Positions 52,785-63,544 of a stretch of DNA of 64,000 bases are shown here, in pieces. The DNA lies in assembly GCA_022561985.1 (NCBI GenBank), contig JADFQE010000002.1:697-64696 (forward strand), read 5' to 3'. The DNA is from Chloroflexota bacterium (GTDB taxonomy: Bacteria; Chloroflexota; Dehalococcoidia; Lucifugimonadales; Australimonadaceae). The notes below the pieces were generated by a model. It had not been told where the DNA came from, made no database searches, and worked only from the letters and a program-made list of their open reading frames with translations. The stretch's first letter is position 1. Every line of letters starts with the position of its first letter. The position numbers were made by a program, and so were the translations under genes.

Positions 52785-55752
52785 ATGGTCAAACACCTCG
52801 CGCGCATCTCACCGCGGTCGATCGTCGCAGGCGCCGCCCTCCTGGGGATGCTCCTGCTCATCACTCTGCCAAGCGCCGTGCCCACCAGCGCCGCCCCGCT
52901 CGCGGCCGGCCCGGATTTCGGGCTCCTCAAGGACATCAACCCATCGGGCTCGTCGTTCCCGCACAACCTGGTCAATTTCTGTTGCGGCAAGCCCATCTTC
53001 TTCGCCGCGAACGATGGGACCACGGGCATCGAGCCCTGGGTGACCGACGGGACGACCGACGGCACCACACTGCTGAAGGACATCAACCCCTCCGGCGATT
53101 CTTCGCCCTCGGCCCTGGTGGGCCTAGGGACGTGGATCTTCTCGGCGGACGACGGCACGAGTGGGGTCGAGCTGTGGAGGACCTTCGGCGACGAGACGAA
53201 CACGGTGCTGGAGAAGGACATCAACCCGGGGCCGGGCAGCTCCTTCCCGATGGACATGGTCCTGGAGGGCTTCTCGACCTTCTACTTCACCGCCGATGAC
53301 GGCGCGAAGGGGCGGGAGGTGTGGAGGAAGAAGTTCAGCGGCTTCACCCAGACCGACATCTGGCCCGGCGCCACCGGCTCGAATCCCCAGGACCTTACCG
53401 TCGTCGGCAGCACGCTGTTCTTCGCAGCCGACGATGGCACGAGCGGCGTCGAGCTCTGGTCGTCGACCGGCACGACGGATGGGTCGACGCTGATCGCGGC
53501 GATGGTTCTCGACATCAACACGGGGGGCTCCTCCGCGGACGGACAACCTCACCAAGGTGGGGAGCACGCTGTTCTTCGCGGCCGACGATGGGACGAACGG
53601 CCTGGAGCTCTGGAAGAGCGATGGCACCGGCGGTGGCACCGTGCTGGTCAAGGACATCCGGCCGGGAGGGGCCTCGTCCGGCCCGCACAACCTGATCGCG
53701 GTGGGCACGACGCTTTATTTCGCGGCCGACGATGGGACGAACGGCATCGAGCTCTGGAAGAGCGACGGCACCGGGGCCGGCACCGTGCTCGTCAAGGACA
53801 TAGCAGCCGGCGCCCCCAGCTCCACGCCCGCTGAGCTCGCGAGCGTGGGCGGCGTGCTGCTCTTCGCGGCGGACGACGGGACCACCGGCGTGGAGCCGTG
53901 GACCAGCGACGGCACGGGGGGCGGGACGACGCTCATCAAGGACGTGGCCGCGGGGACGGCTTCCTCCAGCCCCGCGTCGTTCGTCAGCGGAGGTGGTGCA
54001 GCGGCCGTGGTCTTCGTGGCGACCGAGTCCACCGCCGGCCGGGAGTGGTGGGTGACGGACCTCACGAGCGCGGGCACGAAATTGTTCTTCGACCTGAACC
54101 CAGGGGCTGCTTCGTCGTCCCCGAGCGATGAGGCGGTCTCGTCGCTGAGCGGCGACCTCATATTCGCCGCCGAGGTCGCCGGCGCCAGCACGGAGCTCTA
54201 CAGCGTCCCCCGCGACCAGTTCGAGGGGCTCGAAGTCACCAAGACGAGCGACGCAGGGTCATCGGCGGAGATCTGGGAATTCGTGACCTTCACCGTAACG
54301 GTGACGAACCACGGCACCGAAACGATCGACGTGGCGCTGAACGACTTCCACACGGGGGCCATCTATGAGGATACCGAGGGGGGGCCGGGCGCTGGGCTGA
54401 TAAGCGTCTTCACTGGACGCACATTCGTGCTTGGATCGATCTCCGCAGGGTCGAGCGGCACGCTGACTTATCGCTCCCGTTACTTGCAATCAGGCACGTT
54501 TTCCAACACCGTTACCGTCGTGGGAGACGGCGCCAGCGCCACTGCATTCGTGACGATCGAGGAGCCGGAGGCGGCAGTCAAGCTCACGAGCGCAGCCGGG
54601 GTGACGTCTGCGGGCACCGTCGTCGAGACCACGCAGATAACCGGCGAGACCATCGAACCCCCGGACGGAGGCTGTTCGGAGTCGCACCTGACAGGAAGCA
54701 TCACGATCGCGGGCGCCGGCGATGGCCCCTTCGCCGACCCGGACCCGGCTGGGTGCGGTTGGGGCCCGGCCTTCGCCCTTCCGGCGTTCTTCGCGGCCGA
54801 CGGCGTGCTCGGTGTGGCGGGGCTTTCCTGTTGCGCTAACGAGACCACGGTCTATGTCTGTGACGAAGACTACGTGTGCACCGACCTGAACGGCGCGACG
54901 CTATCCTCCAACCCCGCTTCGCCCGATTTCCACGCGTCGTTGGCCGGCGCGACCAGCGCCGCCACGACGTCCGTGCTGATCGGCAGCGGTTGCTGCGACG
55001 ATGTGCTCACGTTCGGGGGCTTCCCGGACGCCACCGGATCGCTCGACCGCTTCGTCTCCTCCGGGGCTGGGGACGACCTGCTCACCTGCACAGGCGGCCC
55101 GGGCTGCGCGATGGACGGGGGCGATGGGGACGACGCGCTGGTCGGCGGAACGGGAGGCGACGCCCTGTTGGGCGGGCCCGGCAACGACACCTGCGATGGC
55201 AAGGCCGGCGACGACACGTGCCTATTCGGTCCGGCATCCACGTCGCAGACCGACACCGTCACCGAGGGTGCGGCCGGCGGCTTCGATACCCTCGACTTCA
55301 GCGCGCTCTTCGCCGATGACCCGCTGACCGTCGACCTGCGGGTCGACTCATCGATGGCTACGCACACGAACCGCGTGGTGAGCACGGGAGGCGCCGGGCA
55401 GGTCGACTACTTCGAGCAGGTGATCGGGGGCGCGGGCAACGACTCGTTCACGCTGGCGTTCCTCGCTACGGCGACGAGGACCATCGACGGCGGTGCGGGA
55501 ACGGACACCCTGACCGTCGACGCGGGCGGCGGCGTTGCGACGGACAACCCCGGCGCGGCGGGCTCGGGGACCGTCACGGGGCCCGGCGGGACGATCACCT
55601 ACGTGAACATCGAGAACGTGGTGCTGACGAACGTCGCCGGCGCGACACCGCCCCCGGTCCCAGGCCTGAGCACGTGGACGCTCGGCGCGCTGGCTCTGGC
55701 CCTGGCGGCTGCGGCCTTCGTCTCCACGCGCCGCCGCCGAGAGCCGGGCTAA
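52785..55752 (+). pseudogene. Large secreted ELWxxDGT-repeat / RTX-like Ca-binding repeat protein with a PEP-CTERM-like tail, interrupted by a +1 frameshift
   Basis: ORFs 52785..53834 and 53557..55752 together carry more than 8 repeats of ..LKDINPG..SS.P..L..VG.TLFFAADDGT.G.ELW.SDGT.. The signal peptide is ..AGAALLGMLLLITLPSAVPTSAA. The GGxGxD repeats read GGDGDDALVGGTGGDALLGGPGND. The tail is VPGLSTWTLGALALALAAAAFVSTRRRR. The frames switch at a GGACGGAC duplication (53537-53544). Confidence 0.7.
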
Positions 55753-56915
55753 TCGATGTGGTCCGCGACCTGTGCGCCCCTGGGCCACACGACGGCTGCT
55801 GCTTCAGGGAACTCCAGGTAGACGGTCTCGCCGACCGCGTATCGCTTGGTGGCCGGCAGCGGGATAACGGCCTCCGTGTCCCCGATCTGCCCCTTGTATT
55901 CGTAGCGGTCGCCAACGAACGTCACTTCTTGGACGACCAGGCGGACGATGTTCCGGCCCTCGCCGCTCGGGGGCGTGTCGTACGTCAGCATCTGCTCGGG
56001 GCGGATGGCGACCGTCACCTCGTCTCCGACAGCCATCTTGGAGGGGTCCATCGTCACGTGGATCTGGTTCTCCTGGTCTCCCGCGACGGCGACCACCCCC
56101 TGCTCGATCACGATGCCACCGATGCTGATCGTCTGGCCCAGGAAGTCTTGGGCGAATGCGGTCGCGGGGTGCAGGTAGATCTGCTCCGGCGTCCCGATCT
56201 GCTCGACGCGGCCCGAGTTCATGATCGCGATGCGATCGGACAGGCTGAGTGCCTCGGTCTGGTCGTGGGTGACGTAGATCATCGTGACGTCGACACGGCT
56301 CTGGAGGTCCTTGAGCTCCTGACGCATGGTGACGCGCAGCTTGGCATCGAGGTTGCTCAGGGGCTCATCGAGCAGGAGGACCCGCGGGGAGTAGACCAAG
56401 GCCCTGGCGAGGGCCACGCGCTGCTGCTGTCCACCGCTGAGCAGCGGAGACGGGCGGCTGCTGAAGCCCTCGAGGCCGACCAGCCGGAGCGACTCCTCCA
56501 CCCGGTCTCCGATATCCGCCTTCTTCAGCCCACGCATCTTCAGCGGGTAGGCCACGTTCTCGAACACGGTCATGTGGGGCCAGAGCGCATAGCTCTGGAA
56601 CACCATGCCCATGTCCCGCTTGTCCGGCTGAACGAACCGCCGGTCGCTGACCGAGACGACCACGTCGTCACCCACGGTCACCTTGCCGGCATCAGGCCTC
56701 TCCAAGCCGCCGATCATACGCAGCGTCGTCGTCTTCCCGCACCCGCTCGGGCCGAGCAGCGTGAAGAATTCGCCCGCCTTGATGTCCAGGTTGATGTGGT
56801 CGACCGCGGCGACCGAGCCGAAGGTCTTGAGCAGCCCCTCGATACGAACGGCGGCGCCGGTCCCCGTGAGCGAGACCGTCGAAGCACGCTGCGCCGTATC
56901 CACGAGGTCGGTCAT
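55749..56915 (-). CDS. ABC importer ATP-binding protein (PotA/FbpC/UgpC-type)
   Basis: 388 aa. It has Walker A (GPSGCGKTT), the signature LSGGQQQRVALARAL and Walker B (LLLDEP). A C-terminal TOBE-like domain follows. Confidence 0.85.
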   Translation of the reverse strand: MTDLVDTAQRASTVSLTGTGAAVRIEGLLKTFGSVAAVDHINLDIKAGEFFTLLGPSGCGKTTTLRMIGGLERPDAGKVTVGDDVVVSVSDRRFVQPDKRDMGMVFQSYALWPHMTVFENVAYPLKMRGLKKADIGDRVEESLRLVGLEGFSSRPSPLLSGGQQQRVALARALVYSPRVLLLDEPLSNLDAKLRVTMRQELKDLQSRVDVTMIYVTHDQTEALSLSDRIAIMNSGRVEQIGTPEQIYLHPATAFAQDFLGQTISIGGIVIEQGVVAVAGDQENQIHVTMDPSKMAVGDEVTVAIRPEQMLTYDTPPSGEGRNIVRLVVQEVTFVGDRYEYKGQIGDTEAVIPLPATKRYAVGETVYLEFPEAAAVVWPRGAQVADHID

Positions 56916-56963
56916 GGGCCCTCTTTTCCTCTCTCTTCTTTCCCGCTCGCTACTCGCTGCTCT

Positions 56964-58802
56964 CTACCGGCCGTCCCGCGCCGGCGGAGCAGCGCTGGGG
57001 TCGGCCGCCGGGACGCCCTGGCGGGCCGCGTCTCGGCTCCGTGCATCGTGGCGGACGCCGAGCCGAAGTCCGAATCTCCGTGCGACCAGCGCGACGCCGA
57101 CCGTCATCATGATGATGACGATGGTGACGACACCGGCCTCCTCCCGCATCCCGAGGCCCGGCGAGGACAGCTCCAAAGTCAGTATGGACAGTGTCTTGGT
57201 GCCAATGGCCGACAGCAGGATGATGCTGCTGGTCGTCGAGGCAGCCAACACGAAGTTGAAGGTGCCCAGGAGGATCAGCGTGGGCATGATCAGGGGCAGC
57301 CAGACGCGCAGGTAGGTCTGGACCCAGCTCGCGCCGGCGATCCGCGAGGCCTCCTCGAGCTCCGACCCGAGCTGGATGAACACGCCCTTGATGAACGTCG
57401 TGCTCGTCAGCTTGCCCTGGAGGATGACGACCAGTATGAGGAGGTAGATGGTGCCGTAGAGGGGCAGGAAGGGGCGCCAGCCGAAGAGCTCGGTGCCCAG
57501 GACCGCCCAGAGCAGCCCGATGCTGGACAGGATGCCCGGGATGGCGGCCGAGAGCCAGATCATTGTCTCCAGCGCCGCCCTGAACCGCCACTTCGTACGC
57601 ACCAGGATGTAGGCGAAGATGGAGAAGAGGACCGGGCTGATCAATGCCGTCGAAAAGGCCAGGATCAGGGTCGTCCTGATCCCGTCCCAGAACTGCCCAT
57701 CGTTGAACACGAACTTCCAGTGATCGAGCGTGAATATCGGCTGCCACTCGAAGTAGCCGATGCGGTTCATGAAGCTACCCAGGATGAGCGAGAGGAACGG
57801 CGCGACGGTCAGCAGGAAGATGAGCGTCACGATGCCGCCGAAGATCACCCAGCGCCACCGGCCGATGTCGATGTAGCCGGGGCGGAAGCGCCCCGTCACC
57901 GTCTCGAAGTTCCGCCGGCCGAGGAGCCAACGCTGGAGCGGCAGCAGGATCGCAATCATGATTATCGTGATCGAGCCGAGCGCCGTCGCCTGGCCCCACT
58001 GTGGCACCTCGTCCCGGATCAGCGAGAAGAGCTTCGTCGAGTAGACGAAGTAGTTGAAGCGGACGCCCAGGAGCCACTCGATCTCGAAGGACTCGAACAG
58101 ACGGACGGTGTTGAGCGCGAAGACGACGACGAGGATCGGCGTCATGACCGGCAGCGTCACGCGCATCATCGTCTTGAACGTCGATGCGCCCGCCATGCGG
58201 CTGGCCTCCTCCATCGTGGAGTCCATGTTACGGAACGCAGGAGTGAGCAGCATCACCTTGGCCGAGATCGCCGTGGACAGGAGATGCACCAGCACGATTC
58301 CAGGGACGCTGAAGATATCGAAGATAAAGCGGTCGACGAACGGCAGCTTGGCGGCGAGGATGTTGATGAAGCCCAGGTTCGGGTCCAGCAGCATGATCCA
58401 TCCCGTCGCAACCGCGATGGTCGGGAACATGAACGACACCCAGAACATGAACTCCAGCGTGTAGCTGCCGGGGATGTGCAGGCGCGCCAAGGACCACGCG
58501 ATGAGCACGGCCACGGGGAAGCTGATGCCCGTGTAAAGGAACCAGATCAGGACCGTGTGCCAGAGGGCGAGGAAGATGCCAGGCTTCGTGAACGCGATCT
58601 GCCAGTTGTCGAGCCCGAAATTGAACCCCTGCTGGGGAATCGCCGACGTGTTGAAGCTGTTGATGAGGATCAGAAGGGTGGGATAGAGGACATAGCCGGC
58701 GAGCAAGACGACCAGCACAGCGACGAACACCGTGCTGTTGGCTGGCCGGTGCAACTCTATCAGAGGCCGCCGCCGGGTCAGCGTCTCACCTACCTTCGCC
58801 AT
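56964..58802 (-). CDS. ABC importer permease, fused double-domain (FbpB/ThiP-like, ~12 TM)
   Basis: 612 aa with two binding-protein-dependent transport inner-membrane modules. Confidence 0.8.
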   Translation of the reverse strand: MAKVGETLTRRRPLIELHRPANSTVFVAVLVVLLAGYVLYPTLLILINSFNTSAIPQQGFNFGLDNWQIAFTKPGIFLALWHTVLIWFLYTGISFPVAVLIAWSLARLHIPGSYTLEFMFWVSFMFPTIAVATGWIMLLDPNLGFINILAAKLPFVDRFIFDIFSVPGIVLVHLLSTAISAKVMLLTPAFRNMDSTMEEASRMAGASTFKTMMRVTLPVMTPILVVVFALNTVRLFESFEIEWLLGVRFNYFVYSTKLFSLIRDEVPQWGQATALGSITIIMIAILLPLQRWLLGRRNFETVTGRFRPGYIDIGRWRWVIFGGIVTLIFLLTVAPFLSLILGSFMNRIGYFEWQPIFTLDHWKFVFNDGQFWDGIRTTLILAFSTALISPVLFSIFAYILVRTKWRFRAALETMIWLSAAIPGILSSIGLLWAVLGTELFGWRPFLPLYGTIYLLILVVILQGKLTSTTFIKGVFIQLGSELEEASRIAGASWVQTYLRVWLPLIMPTLILLGTFNFVLAASTTSSIILLSAIGTKTLSILTLELSSPGLGMREEAGVVTIVIIMMTVGVALVARRFGLRLGVRHDARSRDAARQGVPAADPSAAPPARDGR

Positions 58803-58912
58803 GAACTTATCTCCGGCCCGTGTCCTATCACGTTGCGGAGTGGCCCGCGGGCGAGGGCCACTCCGCCGTTACTATGCCTTGCGCGCTTCCGAAGCGCTGT
58901 CGCAGCGACCGC

Positions 58913-60187
58913 CTACCGCAATCCCGCCTCGTCGGCAAGCTGCCTGTTGAATGCGAGGCCAGGGTTGTTCGTGGGGACGCTCGGGTCGGCCTCCGGGAAG
59001 AAGTATTCGACCCCTTCCTTACGGATGTAGTTCTCCAGCAGGTTGTCCGTCGGAACGTCCACGCGGAGCGAGTGGCTGAGCCCGTTGATCCCGCCCGCCG
59101 CGTATTGGTTCTCCTTGGTGAGCCACCAGTTGAGGAAGACCTTCTGAGCGTTGGGGTGCGGTGGGTCGTTCAGCAGCGACAGAGAACAGAGGCCGCCGAT
59201 GCCGATCACACCACCTTCCTTGAAGCCCTGAGCGAAGTGGTTCTTCACGGGCAGACCGAAGCTCTCGAGGGCTTCGATGTCGCTCGATGCGTTGCCCGTC
59301 GGCATGAAGATGGACTTCACGCCCTTCGCGAGCAGGTCCACCGCCTGCTGAGCGTCAGCCACCCACTCCGCGTCCTGGTCGAGTATGAACGCCCGGATGA
59401 ATGCCTCGCCGAGCTCCGGCTTGTTGATGAAGTGCTCGGAGTCCGTCTGCCCCGGCTCCCAAGGGAGCTTGCCTACCCACTGTCCCTTGAAGCGCCCGTC
59501 AACGAGGTCCCACCACGAGGTGAGCTGCGATACGTCCACCAGGTCCGTGTTGTACGAGAACGCGACGTTCGGCGAAGCGCAGAACGCGATGGTGGTGTCC
59601 TCGAGCCCATTCGGGAACCAGAGGTGACCATCGACCCAGGTGTTCGGGTCGACGACGTCGGCCAGGATGAGGTGGTCTGAGATGTTGTCCTTCAGGGCGC
59701 CGACCCCGGCCACGTTCTTGGTCGACGTCACGCCCGTCATCCAAACGTCCGTCGTGAAAACGCCTGCTGCCCGCTCGGCGCTGATCTTCGCGAACTGCAC
59801 CGATCCGCCGCCCGTGCCTGCGATGACCTCGATGCCCATCTCGGCTTCGAATGCCTCGAACCGCGGTGCGTAGGTCCGGCTCGCGTTGCCGCCCAGCGCG
59901 ATGACGACCTTGCCTTCTTCCTTCGCGGCCGCGAGGGTCTCGTCCCACTCGATCTGCCAGGCCGGCGGAGCCAGCGTCGGGGTCGCCGTGGGCGCGGGCG
60001 TGGGTGTCGGCTCCCCAGGTGCCAGCGTCGCCGTCGGCTCCGCGGGCGGGGACGTGGGTGTCGCCGTTGCGACCGGAGTGGCCGTTGGGTCGGACCCGCA
60101 CGCAGCCACCAGGAGCGCCAACACCCCAAGGGTGCCGGCTACCACCGACCATCGCACCATGCTCTTCACCGGTGTGTTGCTCATCAT
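58913..60187 (-). CDS. ABC importer extracellular solute-binding lipoprotein (family 1; iron(III)/polyamine-type)
   Basis: The lipobox is LALLVAAC|GS. A Thr/Pro-rich linker follows. RBS GGAGG lies upstream. It is the first gene of the SBP-permease-ATPase operon. Confidence 0.8.
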   Translation of the reverse strand: MMSNTPVKSMVRWSVVAGTLGVLALLVAACGSDPTATPVATATPTSPPAEPTATLAPGEPTPTPAPTATPTLAPPAWQIEWDETLAAAKEEGKVVIALGGNASRTYAPRFEAFEAEMGIEVIAGTGGGSVQFAKISAERAAGVFTTDVWMTGVTSTKNVAGVGALKDNISDHLILADVVDPNTWVDGHLWFPNGLEDTTIAFCASPNVAFSYNTDLVDVSQLTSWWDLVDGRFKGQWVGKLPWEPGQTDSEHFINKPELGEAFIRAFILDQDAEWVADAQQAVDLLAKGVKSIFMPTGNASSDIEALESFGLPVKNHFAQGFKEGGVIGIGGLCSLSLLNDPPHPNAQKVFLNWWLTKENQYAAGGINGLSHSLRVDVPTDNLLENYIRKEGVEYFFPEADPSVPTNNPGLAFNRQLADEAGLR

Positions 60188-60498
60188 CGGGTAGCCTCCG
60201 TTCCTGTGATGCCCCGGACCCTCATCGCCGATCTTGGGTTGACCTCGATCTATCTATGTCCTACCTACGTCTCAACGCAGCGGACGGCTCCATCGGTCCA
60301 TCGGGTGCTTGCGCCTGCAGCCCCCCCTCTTCACTCGCCAAAAGTTTCCGGGACTATAAGCGCGCACCGGGAAGGTGTCAATCGCGCGCGACCCTCGTGG
60401 AGGGGGCCGTGGCCAGCTAGGTGGAGGAAGCGACGATGCAGCGCGGCGTCCCCCAGCGGAGTGGAGATGCCCCGACCGAGAAGGGCGTCCGGCTCCCG

Positions 60499-60918
60499 TC
60501 AATCCTCGAGCTTGGAAAGCGCGATAACGGGGATGATACGGGTGGTGCGGCGCTCATATTCAGCGAACTGCGGATACGCCCCTGCCTGCTTCGCGTAGAG
60601 CCGGTCCCGTTCTCCGCCCGCGACGACTTCGGCGCGCGCCTCGATGGTCTCGGTCCCCACTTCGATCGTCACGACCGGGTTGGCGACGAGGTTGTGATAC
60701 CAATCCGGGTGCTTGGGACCGCCGCCCTTGGTTGCGAAGATCACCCACCGGCCGCCGTCGGCCAGGTACATGACCGGGTTGACGCGCCGCTGCCCGGTCC
60801 TGGCGCCGGTCGTGCCGAGCAGCAGCACGGGCCTCCCTTCGAAGTTGCCCCCAACGCGGCCGTCGTTGCGCCGGAACTCCTCGATGATCGTTCGGTTGCG
60901 CTCCTGCCGGCTGGTCAT
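60499..60918 (-). CDS. Deazaflavin (F420)-dependent nitroreductase family protein (DDN/PNPOx-like split barrel)
   Basis: 139 aa. It contains ..NRTIIEEFRRNDGRVGGNFEGRPVLLLGTTGARTGQRRVNPVMY.., ..GGGPKHPDWYHNL.. and ..RIIPVIAL.. Confidence 0.75.
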   Translation of the reverse strand: MTSRQERNRTIIEEFRRNDGRVGGNFEGRPVLLLGTTGARTGQRRVNPVMYLADGGRWVIFATKGGGPKHPDWYHNLVANPVVTIEVGTETIEARAEVVAGGERDRLYAKQAGAYPQFAEYERRTTRIIPVIALSKLED

Positions 60919-60970
60919 CGCAAGCCTCCCTCTCCGCCTTCGCCACCATTATCTACCGCCGTTCGCGGTG

Positions 60971-62227
60971 CTACGACCTCTCGATCGATCCGAGGTTCGG
61001 ATCGCGCAGCTCCCGGTGCGCGGTGCCGATCCCGACGACGAGGAGCGCGCACGCTCCCGCCCCCACGAGCAGGGCCAGGGGCGCGCCGAGGGCCGCCGCC
61101 ACGACCCCGCTGAGGGCGTAGCCCAGCGGGGGGCCTCCGCCCGCGAGCATGCTCCGGAACGCCGCCACCCTCCCGCGCATCGCGTCCGGCGGGAGCGAGA
61201 GGATCACGGCGTTGCGCGGGATCATCTGCACGGAGTTGGTCGCACCCAGCAGGCTGGCGGCGAGCAGGCTCACGTAGAACCAGTCCGAGACCGCGAGGAG
61301 CGCGAGGGCGGCGGCATACGCCAGCACGCCGAAGATCGTGTAGAGCCCTTTGTATCGCATGTCGCCGAGGGTGAGCATGAACACGGCCGCGACGAGGCTC
61401 CCCACGCCGGGCGCCGCGCTGAGCAAGCCATACCCGCCGGCCCCGGCCCCGAGCATCTCGGCGAAGATCGGCAGCAGCGCCCGATAGCTCCCGAGCACGA
61501 CCGCTCCGAGATCGAGCACCAGCAGCGAGATGATCACGGGCTTGCTCCGCACGAAGCTCATGCCGTCCACGAAGCTCTGCCAGGGACCCTCGCTCGGCTT
61601 CGCCGAGGCGGCCGGCACGCGGATCCCGATGATGACGCTCACCGCCGCCAGGTAGAGCAGCGCGTTGAAGAGATACGCCGGGCCCAGGCCGACCGTGGCG
61701 ATGCCCACGCCCGCGATGGCCGGCCCGGCGATCTGCGAGACCTGGGCGATCGTTGCGTTGAGCGCGATCGCATTGAGGAGACGCTCCCGCGGCACGAGGT
61801 TGGCGATGAGCGCGGCGCGGGCGGGCTGCGTCATCGCGGCGAGGGCGCCATTGAGCACCGTGATCACGTAGAGGTGCCAGACCTCGATGGCGTCGGTTAC
61901 CGCGAGGGCCGTCAGCACCACGAGCACGACGGCGTTCATCGCCTGCCCGGCCTGGATGAGCCGCACGCGGTCGATGCGGTCGGCGAGAACGCCGCCCACG
62001 AGGGAGAGCACGATGTGCGGTCCGGCGCGTGCGAGGCCCGTGAGGCCGAGCAGGAGCGCGCTGCCGGTCAGGTCGTAGACCTGCCAGAAGATCGCCGTCT
62101 GCAGCAGGTGACTGCCGAGCGACGTGAACAGGTGGGCTATCGCGAAACGCCGGTAACCGCCGTAGGCGAGGGCGCTGAGCGCTTGCCGCAGGCCAGATGG
62201 GGTCTGTGTCAACGGGGGTCGCCTCAC
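60971..62227 (-). CDS. MFS transporter (DHA3/EntS-like)
   Basis: 418 aa with about 12 TM helices. It contains ..FRRFAIAHLFTSLGSHLLQTAIFWQVY.. Confidence 0.75.
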   Translation of the reverse strand: MRRPPLTQTPSGLRQALSALAYGGYRRFAIAHLFTSLGSHLLQTAIFWQVYDLTGSALLLGLTGLARAGPHIVLSLVGGVLADRIDRVRLIQAGQAMNAVVLVVLTALAVTDAIEVWHLYVITVLNGALAAMTQPARAALIANLVPRERLLNAIALNATIAQVSQIAGPAIAGVGIATVGLGPAYLFNALLYLAAVSVIIGIRVPAASAKPSEGPWQSFVDGMSFVRSKPVIISLLVLDLGAVVLGSYRALLPIFAEMLGAGAGGYGLLSAAPGVGSLVAAVFMLTLGDMRYKGLYTIFGVLAYAAALALLAVSDWFYVSLLAASLLGATNSVQMIPRNAVILSLPPDAMRGRVAAFRSMLAGGGPPLGYALSGVVAAALGAPLALLVGAGACALLVVGIGTAHRELRDPNLGSIERS

Positions 62228-62321
62228 GGGCCGCCAGCACCAGGGGGGCTTGCGCGGCCAGGGATCCTAGCGATCTTGCACGAGGGGAGCGAGGGAAGGG
62301 TACAGCATGGCGGCCCCACCG

Positions 62322-63419
62322 CTAGAACGGGCAGGGGACCTGGTGGGAGAGCAGCACCTCTCGCCGCTGGCGCGACGATCCCAAGATGGCGAGGACGACT
62401 TCGAGGCTCGCCATACCCCAGCGTTCGTCCGGAAAGACCGGCCGGTCCTCCGCCAATGCCTCCTTGAGCTCGGCGATCTCGCGGCGGCCCGGCCCGCTTG
62501 GCTCCAGGGCGACCTCCTCCCTCCCCGCATCGGTGTAGACGTAAAGCCCGTCCGGCGACTGCCGGATATCGCCCCGCTCGCAGCTCACGACCGTCAGGCC
62601 GTAGAAGGGCTGGCGCCTGCGCCCCTCGCCGCCCTGGGAGCTTTCGGCGACCTCCTTCTGCTGCCCTCCCTCGCCGATGCCCCAGGTGAGCTCCGTGATG
62701 TCGAAGTAGCCGTAACCGTTGAAGACCATCGTGGCCGCGGTGCCGTCCTCGAACTCCAAGAAGGCGCTGTAGTCACCCTCTCCGAGGGGGAACGCCGGAT
62801 GCCAACGGCCGGCGAGCGCCCTCACGCTCCGCACCATGCCGCCCCCGATGCCGCGCACGATCTCGGCCTGGTGCGGGCCTTGGCGGTAGACGACGCCGCC
62901 CCCCTGGGCCGTGTCGACGTCGGCGGCGCGGCGCGGCGCGCCGGAGATCCACGGCTTGAACTCCCATGTGTTGATCTGGATGACGCGCCCGAGCCGCCCG
63001 CTGGAGACGATCTCCCGCATGCGGCGCACGGGTGGATCGAAGAGCTTGGAGTGGGCTTGGACGTACCTGACGCCGTTGCGCCCGATGGCCTCGGCCATCG
63101 CCTGGGCCTCATCCAGGCTCACGGCCATCGGCTTCTCGCAGATCACGTGCTTCCCATGCTCCGCGGCCACGATGGTGTGCTCGGCGTGGAACGCGTTGGG
63201 CGTGCAGACCCAGACGACGTCGACGTCAGGGCTCGCACACATGGCCTCGACGCTCGCGTACGTCTCCACGCCGTAGCGCTCCCGAGCCTCGTCCCGCGGG
63301 CCCTGACGGGGAGCGGCCACCGCGGTGAGCTCGACGTCCGGCATGCCCTGGATGCTCGGCGCGAGCGAGCGCGTCACGGCCCCGAATCCCGCGAGCCCGA
63401 CCCTCAACGCTGGAGCCAT
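62322..63419 (-). CDS. Gfo/Idh/MocA family oxidoreductase (second phthalate-dihydrodiol-dehydrogenase-like paralog)
   Basis: 365 aa from MAPALRVGLAGFGAV.., with RBS GGAGG 5 nt upstream. It contains ..HVICEKPM.. and ..VVYRQGPHQAEIVRGIGGGMVRSV.., which parallels 11415..12614. Confidence 0.8.
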   Translation of the reverse strand: MAPALRVGLAGFGAVTRSLAPSIQGMPDVELTAVAAPRQGPRDEARERYGVETYASVEAMCASPDVDVVWVCTPNAFHAEHTIVAAEHGKHVICEKPMAVSLDEAQAMAEAIGRNGVRYVQAHSKLFDPPVRRMREIVSSGRLGRVIQINTWEFKPWISGAPRRAADVDTAQGGGVVYRQGPHQAEIVRGIGGGMVRSVRALAGRWHPAFPLGEGDYSAFLEFEDGTAATMVFNGYGYFDITELTWGIGEGGQQKEVAESSQGGEGRRRQPFYGLTVVSCERGDIRQSPDGLYVYTDAGREEVALEPSGPGRREIAELKEALAEDRPVFPDERWGMASLEVVLAILGSSRQRREVLLSHQVPCPF

Positions 63420-63544
63420 GACTGCCTCCGCATCCAACCGCCCCGCAGCGGGCCTCTCTCCTACCGGAACAGGTGGGGGTTGGCCCTGGTGTGGTCCGCC
63501 GTGCAGCCCGGACTGGACGTGGGGTTGGCGCAAGGGTCGCGGGG

